Shown piece after piece: positions 55,363 through 64,000 of a stretch of 64,000 nt of DNA. The position numbers were made by a program, and so were the translations under genes. The stretch's first letter is position 1, and every line of letters begins with the position of its first letter. The DNA comes from Pecten maximus (taxonomy: Eukaryota), in contig NC_047024.1 of assembly GCF_902652985.1 (NCBI RefSeq), forward strand, positions 36,456,001 through 36,520,000, read 5' to 3'. The notes under the pieces were generated by a model. The model made no database searches. It was not told where the DNA came from and saw nothing but the letters and a program-made list of their open reading frames with translations.

Positions 55363-56098
55363 GGGTAATAGGTAGTGGTGTAACATTGAAAGTTTTAAAA
55401 AATGATAATTTGTTGCATGATTGTATAACATACACATTTTATATATTAAAACGATTGTTAATTGAAGCTGTACACAAATATTAAATGAAATAGTAAAAAA
55501 TATGGTGGGAAATTGAAAATACTTACTTTTTGTGTCTTGAATAGGATTGAAGCATACGAAATTGTAAAGTGTTGCAACTGTGAAAATAAAAAGTTGATAT
55601 TATATTTCAGAGGCTATTAAAACCATAAGGCTATATAAAATATTCAAATAACAAGAAACAATTATAAAACGGTATCAATTTAGGTAACCACATTGTTTCC
55701 AAGTAGCCATTTTTATTTTAATTGAAGGGAAATAACTCTTATGAACTACTTTTTTTAAAATAAGTATGGAGAGTCACGATTGATATAAATTGTCATTGAT
55801 ATAAAATATATTTTACAAGAAGACCAATTTAGCCATAACCTCTTGTGTTATCCTATTGCAAAATTTTTTGTTATACTTTTATTATATTTCTGGTATATTT
55901 CTTCACTATTGTAATACCATACTTAACCATTTCTTTAATACATGTACTATGTAATAATGTCCACATAATTGACAATACAATAGTTTAAAATTGAAACATA
56001 AACATCACAATTATCATGTATAAGGTGTGTTTTTTAAATATGTGTGTCAATTTTAAATCTTGCTTATATTTGTACCTTTACATTCATTGATTTATTAC

Positions 56099-56337
56099 TT
56101 ATAAATCAATGAATTTCACTGCTGAAGCCATGAAGTCACCATAAAGGTTGTCTACTTCATAAGCTTCCTCCTCCCCCTCGTATAACACCTCATACACTGC
56201 ATTCTTTGCGCCGTCTTTTCCTTTCAACACATCCGTCACGCTTCCAGTAACACCACTTTTTAGTGCCACTATCATCAACCACCCACTCATGTAAGATAGT
56301 TCGCCCTACGAACTTCACGTTGGTATTACGTCTTTGT
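56099..56337 (-). pseudogene. Putative terminal exon of the transposon gene encoding a Spin/Ssty (Spindlin)-like Tudor domain; one frameshift
   Basis: Acceptor tttttttattcag|; reads KFVGRTILHEWVVDDSGTKKW /+1/ TGSVTDVLKGKDGAKNAVYEVLYEGEEEAYEVDNLYGDFMASAVKFIDL*. Confidence 0.65.
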
Positions 56338-57744
56338 CTGAATAAAAAAAAAATTAAATGATAATTATGATAACTCTGTTAAAGGGCACATAAACATGCC
56401 ACATTCTGTTAAACAATATGTAAATGTGCAGTGTTGAAATACTTAAAAATACATAAATGTTTAATACGAAAACGTGTTGTACCTTGCACTGCTGTTGGAA
56501 GAGGAAGGACCAGGACTTGCTGGGGAATGCTTGTCACTTCTGTCGCATGTCTTCACCTTGGTATTACGTCTTTGTCTGAATAAAAAAATAATTACAATTA
56601 AAATTATGATAATTATGATAACTCAGGTAAAGGCCATATAAACATGCCACATTCTATTAAACAATATGTAAATGTGCAGTGTTGAAATACTTATAAATAC
56701 ATAAATGTTTAATACGAAACCTTGCACTGCTGTTGGAAGAGGAAGGACCAGGACTTGCTGGGGAATGCTTGTCACTTCTGTCGCATGTCTTCACCTTGGT
56801 ATTACGTCTTTGTCTGAATAAAAAAATAATTACAATTAAAATTATGATAATTATGATAACTCAGGTAAAGGCCATATAAACATGCCACATTCTATTAAAC
56901 AATATGTAAATGTGCAGTGTTGAAATACTTATAAATACATAAATGTTTAATACGAAACCTTGCACTGCTGTTGGAAGAGGAAGGACCAGGACTTGCTGGG
57001 GAATGCTTGTCACTTCTGTCGCATGTCTTCACCTTGGTATTACGTCTTTGTCTGAATAAAAAAATAATTACAATTAAAATTATGATAATTATGATAACTC
57101 AGGTAAAGGCCATATAAACATGCCACATTCTATTAAACAATATGTAAATGTGCAGTGTTGAAATACTTATAAATACATAAATGTTTAATACGAAACCTTG
57201 CACTGCTGTTGGAAGAGGAAGGACCAGGACTTGCTGGGGAATGCTTCTCACTTCTGTCGCATGTCTTCACCTTGGTATTACGTCTTTGTCTGAATAAAAA
57301 AATAATTAAAATTAAAATTATGATAATTATGATAACTCAGGTAATGGCTACATAAACATGGCACATTCTATTAAACAATATGTAAATGTGCAGTGTTCAA
57401 ATACTTATAAATACATAAATGTTTAATACGAAACCTTGCACTGCTGTTGGAAGAGGAAGGACCAGGACTTGCTGGGGAATGCTTGTCACTTCTGTCGCAT
57501 GTCTTCACCTTGGTATTACGTCTTTGTCTGAATAAAAAAATAATTACAATTAAAATTATGATAACTATGATAACTCAGGTAAAGGCCATATAAACATGCC
57601 ACATTCTATTAAACAATATGTAAATGTGCAGTGTTGAAATACTTATAAATACATAAATGTTTAATACGAAACCTTGCACTGCTGTTGGAAGAGGAAGGAC
57701 CAGGACTTGCTGGGGAATGCTTGTCACTTCTGTCGCATGTCTTT
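56322..57744. repeat. 238-bp tandem repeat (~6 units) inside the DNA transposon; each unit is a 93-nt exon-like part plus a 145-nt intron-like part
   Basis: Exon-like starts at 57527, 57289, 57051, 56813 and 56575 (period 238). Confidence 0.95.
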
Positions 57745-58284
57745 TTTTGTCTTGTTGGCCGTCTGGGTTTTCTTCCTTTGCTCTTGATAGTTTCTTTCTT
57801 TTCAAACTGTAAAAAAAGTCAATATATATTATATTATACTGAAAATTATCATCATAAATTTGTTGCAATCAATCTTGTTACATTTTCATGACAGACTTGC
57901 ATTGTATCAATTTAAAACAAAAATAAGTACACTTACCTTACCTATGAATTTCTACTCTTGTCTGAAATTCTTTTCTGTTCCCCATAATCATGAGAAATAT
58001 ATCCAATGCCAAATTATTTTGTTTTTCATTCATGAATATGAAAATGTGTAGCTTACCTTACCTCAATAAATGATACTGGTATATTATACAGGTTCCCTTG
58101 ACAAGTGGTTGTTGGTTACCATATTTATGAAACTTGATGAAATTAATTTACAAACTTTCAAAAGATGGACATTTAGCTAAGTGTTTTTTCTACTTTGTAA
58201 AGTAAGTAACAAGAGTTTCATAAATATGATAACAAACAGTTGATACAGTTTTCTATCGGTAGCTATAATGACTAATAAACCTAC

Positions 58285-61187
58285 CCATAGTCCAGGTTCT
58301 CTAATTCCTGTAGTAGTTTTATGCCTTGGAGATGCCAATTCTGGTAATATGGCTTTAAAGTAAAAACTTTTCAGTTTTGGCAGCATTGTATTGGTCCATA
58401 ATTGTTTGTCGACGTAAATCCTTTCCACGTGAAGTTGGTATGGATTTGTCGAGTGTACAACAAAATCTACCAAAGAGTAGTTTGCTATATTCATTTGTCC
58501 CTGTATCTGGTAGTAGTAGTTGTGGTTTTCTTTTAAGGTAAGTTTTGAATTCACAGTCTCTAAGCAAAATGACTTCATTTCCTTACTTGCTTCATTTAGA
58601 TTTATTGGCTTTTGATGAAGCAAGTTTTTGATCTCAATCAATCCAGTCTCACCATTTTTCTCTGTAACTTTTCCATCTGGACTGGTTGCTAAATATGGGT
58701 GTTCCTTACTGATTACTAACCCTACTGGTTCATGGGTTACAATTTTGTTATGGCTTGTTTTCATGTAATTCTTGTATTCCAATATGGTAATTCCTTCTTC
58801 TCGAATTCCGCGTCTGGTGTAACAATTACTAAATGGTTGCCCATGAACAAGCCTTTCCACAGCTTTAGTAACCGGTTTAGTGGGGTCTTTCTTCGTAATC
58901 AAACCGAAGTTGGACGATGTGATCCTTTTACTTCGTTCGGATTTCCAGACTTGTGATTCTGATTGCGATTTGGTTTCTTTCTCAATAAGAGCTATCTGTT
59001 GGACCGGCAAATCTACATGTTTCTGGAAATAATCCGTACACTTATTGTGAAGTTCTTTTTGCGTAATATCGGATACACATTCAAGGACATCTGGTCCATA
59101 ATCTCTTTTGGCCCTTTTTGATGACGATTGCTTGCCATTTTCTTTTTTATCTCTTTGCTTTATTTTCTGTTTTTTCTTTGGATCTTTTAGTTGAATTCAA
59201 AGCATTCTCCCTACTTTGGTACACTCTTTTGAAGTGGTTTCCTGGTTTGGAGGTTGTGCACTTTTCCCATACAATAGGAGACCACTGTGGACCGAAGTTT
59301 TTCCTTAAACACCCTCCAAAACATCTGGTATTCCATGATCCCATATTACATCTTTTGACGTATTTTCCACCATCAAACTTCGCTCGAATGGACATGAAGG
59401 ATTCCGCAAGGTTGGTACTGAAATTTCCTATCAGTTGACTACTCTTGGCAGCTATCCTGGCAAGCAGACGAGAAATGTCATGCAACATTAATTTGTCAAG
59501 GAATGATGAATAGGGCACGTCACCACGCGACTCTTCCTCTGCTTCCAAGGATGTAGTGTCATGCCATATATATGACAGCTCCTGCAAAATGTTGGTAGTT
59601 TCCAATACATCAGATGGTGATGAAGATGAATTTGAAGATGGAGATGGAGATAAAGGTGCAGCTGAAGTTGAAGGCGAATTTGAAGGCGCAGTTGAAGATG
59701 AAGGCGCGGTTGAAGTAGAAGACGTAGAAGTAAGACATGAAGTTGGATTTTTGGACTTACAAAAATCAGTACAATTTGAGTGATCCCCAAAGATATGGTG
59801 TACTGAATTAATAATGTCATGCTTCAATAGCTTCACTTTCTGATTGTGGCTCATTGTATTGTCATTTGACCTTAGTCTGATGGCACATCTGACTGAACTT
59901 GTAAGACGAACTCTCACACGTTTTGTCAGTTTGTCTTTCCCTTTGTATTGGGGGTTTTCATCAACCAGTTTTTTCAAGATTTGAACGCAGACATTTACAG
60001 ATATGATTAGCACATTCTAATTTAGTAATGTCTCTACCCCAAACCGGCACATTTTCTTGAAGTTTTTGAAAAACAGAACTATCACCATCTGCTATTACCT
60101 TGGTGTATCTGACCCCATGCAAGCTTTCAGCTTTCATAAAACCTTCCAGAATCATATCAGACTCCATGGCTTGTGAGGATTCAGTCCAATTTCTGAAACA
60201 CCGATGAGGTTTTGGAACGGTATTGGATGTGGATGCCATACTGCAAATAGAACAATGCTTGTTCCTAACACCTAAATACAACAGTTTACCGGTCTCTGCC
60301 CCAATTATAACGGCACAACCTCCCATAGCATTGTATGTGTGCTTATGTGTCCTTTTACTCCACCCGCCATCACATATGACAGTAATGCACGGTATCCCAT
60401 TGCTATAACGGCCCTTTTCCATCGCAATCCGCCTTTCTTCTGCTCCGGCCTCTAACAAGTCTTGGGTGGCCACATTCTGCCACATATCTCCAATTTCTTG
60501 CTCAAGTTTACTGAAAGTCTTCTGTGTCATTCCTGGACTATCAAGGGTACCCATCATCTCATTGAGCCTAGACAAACCTCCACCAGTTGCCATGTTGGCC
60601 CACACAGCTCTCATATTAATGTCATAATGGTGACTGGTTGGGGTGTGTAACACGGGGCTAGTTTTGAAATCAAATTTCTTTTTACATCCCTGACATTCCA
60701 CCAATATTTGGCTTGCAAGACCAAATGTAGCAATCTCTTTGACTAAACGAATGGGAGATACATCTTGGGATACTAATCTGCCAGCTTCTTGGCATAGAAC
60801 AGTGTGTTTTGTGATGTCAGCAATGTGAGTTTGCAACATTTGCAAATTGATGAGTCTATATCCTTCATTTGCAACATTAGAAACTCTGGTAAATTTGAAC
60901 TTCAAACTACTCTCACATGATGTCCGGGTTAATTTGTACAAGTCAGACTGACAGTTAGATGTAAACAACAGTGTTCTATTTCTGTGTGGTGTAACATTTT
61001 TGGCTATTTTGTATTTACGCAGAATTCTTTTTCTGAACACCTTCAATATGACTGATAAATTTGATTTGGTATTGACTTTCACTTTGTATGTTTGCTTTCG
61101 TAAACCATATAAAACCTTCCTTTGTGCACCCTTGGATCCTCCTGGAAGTCCAAATCTTTTCTTTTTTGATATTGACTTGTTAGCCAT
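58285..61187 (-). pseudogene. DDE transposase (Kolobok/'Mutator-like' type) fused to a YqaJ/lambda-exonuclease domain; disrupted by two frameshifts and a stop
   Basis: VICDGGWSKR, HCSIC..HRCFRNW, IADGDSS, KLECANH, TNLAES (DDE triad); DYGP linker; RITSSNFG, PYLATSPDG, LIEIK, YYYQIQGQM (YqaJ PD-(D/E)XK); ORFs 59961-61187, 59147-60013 and 58177-59010 lie in three frames; donor TGG|GTAGGT at 58284. Confidence 0.9.
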
Positions 61188-62044
61188 GGCTAATTACATA
61201 GTTGTAACACGCGTACGAAAAACATCTCCCACTACCTCTGTGTGCCTCCATATTTTTTTGTGACGTGTGTCATGCAAATAATTACAACAAAACGTGCATA
61301 AAAATATATTCTATACTCACCTATTTTCATATATAAACATTTAATTTGTTCCAGTGCCTGTGTATTCCAAAAACAATTATGATAAAAAAACATCTTACCT
61401 TCGTAGACGAAGTTCCCCGAATCGTGGAAACTAAGTAAGTTGTGTTCACACTCTTACAATATTTCACAAATTTAACCTATATATTGAAAGATCGGAAAAC
61501 CGGACGATTGTCTATCTGTTGATATGAAATTAAGCTAAAGGATAGCGTATAACAAATAAATGATCAACTTACAAACTCAATGAAAACTAGTTGAACTTCG
61601 AAGCAATGGCAACTACCGGGACCGAATGACTGCTATCCTGTACACAAAACGGATATTGTTACGCATAAAAAAAGGACTGAGCATACAGCAAAAAACATAA
61701 ATTTTCGTCAACCAAACTAAACATACTTATTGTATAACGATTCAAATTGTTGTAGACAAATAAAACGGATACAAATTTAATGCTTAAAATCATGTAAAAG
61801 ATTATTTTACCTACTTTCACTTTGAATATTCCTACGCCGTGTCGACCATCATCCTTGACAAGATTGTTTACATGGATGTCATCCGATATGTTATAAGTGT
61901 GTGTGTAATAAATTAAGCGCCGATGTAAAATTACACACACAGGCAAGTCTGCTTATGATCTGTTTTTACTATATACGGAGTGTTTAGGCTTCGATCGCTC
62001 TTATTTTTTTTATTGCTGATGCAAAATTCAACATGTCTCGTAAT

Positions 62045-62093
62045 CCGCCATTTTACAATTGCTCTTCAATCATGTACTATAAATGTACTTCCG
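62045..62093 (-). promoter_or_regulatory. YY1-like (AAAATGGCGG) and ETS-like (CGGAAGT) motifs; candidate transposase promoter
   Basis: ccgccatttt at 62045-62054 and acttccg at 62087-62093, ~0.9 kb upstream of the transposase ATG and within the element's 5' end. Confidence 0.3.
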
Positions 62094-62422
62094 TTTTTTC
62101 ACATGAAACATGTCACTCCTGTCTGTTTATTATAGCCTTCCAACTGCATCTGATTATATAGTTTGTAAATTTAATCAACATGATATACCAACTTTCAGTG
62201 CCTTACCTGTAAGGTGATTTTCCATTAATTATGTATTTCCTGATAATTTTTGGGACAAAAGATAAGAAAGAAACATATTTTAAAATTTTTAATTTGCCAT
62301 AGATGTCCTTATACAGCATATTTGAAAACACGGGGATACAAGTTCATGATATGTACTATTAGTTGAATTTTAATGACTAAATAAATGACACTCAGTTGCC
62401 ATTTTGAGAGTACATGATACCT

Positions 62423-62650
62423 TTAATAGAAATATCAAGGTGAGTCTCGGAAACACAGACAATATCATAGTCGGACGATACATTTTCTAGTTGTGATAGC
62501 TTATTTCTAAGACTACGGATGTTTAAATGAAAGACAGATATAGAATTACTTTGATCTACAGGGCCTGGGTTTGGGTGTACGTCGTTACATGATAGTAGGA
62601 GAAGTTGTAATATTAGTAGGAAAGAAGAGTTATTGGTTACGCTAGATTAA
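62423..62650 (-). mobile_element. 5' part of the same CR1-group LINE: 2A-like leader and N-terminus of the APE endonuclease (not in the ORF track); true 5' end not determined
   Basis: Manual translation LLILQLLLLSCNDVHPNPGPVDQSNSISVFHLNIRSLRNKLSQLENVSSDYDIVCVSETHLDISI. Confidence 0.9.
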
Positions 62651-63242
62651 ACAACATGGATAGAATGAAATAAATAAGTTAGTGATAAGTTTACTAATGA
62701 CCTGCAACTATTTACAACATCAAATAATTTTAAATGAGAAATAAACTTTCGTGAAAACAAAAAAACAGTGAGTTCTTTGATAGAAGCAACCGATAGCCGC
62801 CCGGTACTGTGCTAAGTCATTACCCATGGTCATCAAATATTACATAGAAAGTTGGGAGGCAGTCGGCAACATCTATCAAAATTAGCATACATGTATAAAA
62901 AGGCAGCCAAAACACTCAGATACATTTACAAGAGACATATAGAAGTAAGTAAAGGAAAGGAGAGAAGAGAGGAGAAATAAGGGATATATTAAATACATAT
63001 TGAAAATAACTCAGAAAAGGGTGTGATAATTCAGATTGACAGCAAATATGAAAAGACTTTAAACAAGAAATATCTTTAAAAAGATAAACGGCATAGTTTT
63101 AATGCTGGTGGTTATAATGCAAAACTACTGGTGAAATAAATTAACGAACTACGATGTAATTAATAAATGCGCAGTTTCAGCACGGATAACAAAATTATAT
63201 CAGTTTGAATCATTTTTGGTGATAATAAGACTGCAAATGTGT

Positions 63243-64000
63243 CATTTCAATTTCAACAAATTTTATTGCAAAAAGCAAAAGGATTTGGCATCAGGCAAAG
63301 CCTATTTTAGCCATCTCCAAACAAATCCGGTATGGTACAATGGTAACAAAACATATAAACAGTAAACAAAATATTATATTAGTGTATCTCCCCAACCCAT
63401 CACACATAGTAGAAAGAATCTAGGCAAATCTTCCAGTTTCAGTTACGTATTCTGATATACATTTTAACAGATATATGTTTGTTTCTTCGTTACAATCATG
63501 ACAACCATGCAATAGGGTTTTAACGTTAAAATGTGAATGGGGAATAATAGGATTACTCACTTGGATTCTGAGTGTTGCTCTTGGTTCATTAAATAATGGA
63601 CATATAAATAAATAATGTTCAGCTGTTTCACTACCGAGGTTGCAAGAACATACTGGAGAATCTCGTAGATGATCACAAAAGAGGTCAGAATTTAGATTGC
63701 TAGCAGAATTTCTGAGCTGGCACAAAATAATATTCATAATTCGCAATCCGTTATTCATAAAAGCTTGTGTTACACCAGATTCCATTGTTTTGATTTGAGA
63801 AAGAAGTGTTTTGAATTGCGTAATAGAATGAACATTAGATAGATCAAAATTTAAAGCAAAGGAATTAAATTCCCTAAAGGTACTAGGGAAAAAGCTGCTG
63901 TAATAACTTGCTGTTCTACATATAGGAGTGTTAAAATTTCTGGTCATTCTTAGTGGATATCTTTCATTTTAAGCGGATATAAAAATGGCTGTACAATTTC
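63243..64000 (-). mobile_element. 3' end of a second, different CR1-group LINE (continues beyond the window)
   Basis: ORF 63420-63947 with SFFPST..F and CSC....ETAEHYLFIC C-terminal motif; AATAAA (63267-63262) and short (TTGAAA)n tail. Confidence 0.85.

Larger units (their letters stand above)
55363..62422 (-). mobile_element. 7,060-bp cut-and-paste DNA transposon, Kolobok-type (exonuclease-bearing), TTAA target-site duplication
   Basis: TTAA at 55359-55362 and 62423-62426; imperfect TIRs GGGTAATAGGTA / AGGTATCATGTA (8/12); removing it restores the LINE endonuclease frame ETHLDISI-NDADILLGGY. Confidence 0.9.

Noticed and set aside
55363-55435. N-terminus MYVIQSCNKLSFFKTFNVTPLPIT of the 327-aa LINE ORF
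   Set aside because: This is transposon terminal sequence fortuitously in frame; the true N-terminus is at 62423-62640
27867-57744. CRISPR-like appearance of the regularly spaced repeats (61-, 40-, 32- and 238-bp arrays)
   Set aside because: Units are contiguous with no unique spacers, there are no cas genes, and the context is eukaryotic
58177-59010. YqaJ ORF as evidence of a prophage or endogenous virus
   Set aside because: It is continuous with a eukaryotic DDE transposase inside a TSD-bounded element; no virion or replication genes nearby
59961-59985. Programmed ribosomal frameshift between the transposase ORFs
   Set aside because: It needs a +1 shift on a simple A6 run with no evident stimulator, and the copy has other lesions; mutation or sequencing error is more parsimonious

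Overview
AT-rich eukaryotic (animal) genomic DNA. Repeat types and gene content suggest a marine invertebrate such as a bivalve, but that is inference. The first ~24 kb is non-coding, probably the 5'-UTR introns or upstream region of a + strand gene for a ~919-aa three-finger C2H2 zinc-finger protein (coding exons 23997-25692 and 28597-29660), followed by a long non-coding or 3'-UTR stretch. On the - strand lie a two-coding-exon flavin-containing monooxygenase (545 aa; 45556-44930 and 43885-42875) and, 2.2 kb upstream of it, an intronless 400-aa SAM-dependent enzyme. Its motifs resemble bacterial Nat/isonocardicin-synthase-type 3-amino-3-carboxypropyl transferases, making it a candidate horizontal transfer and possibly half of a two-gene biosynthetic cluster. 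The right end is a nest of transposons. A decayed CR1-group LINE with a 2A-like NPGP leader is split, inside its endonuclease, by a 7,060-bp DNA transposon (55363-62422) with a TTAA target duplication (Kolobok-type). That transposon encodes a DDE transposase fused to a YqaJ/lambda-exonuclease domain and, through spliced exons invisible to the ORF track, apparently a C-terminal Spindlin/Ssty-like Tudor domain. A five-fold amplified in-frame 93-nt exon forms the linker. A second LINE 3' end closes the window. At least ten minisatellite arrays are present, and most long repetitive ORFs in the track are artefacts of them.
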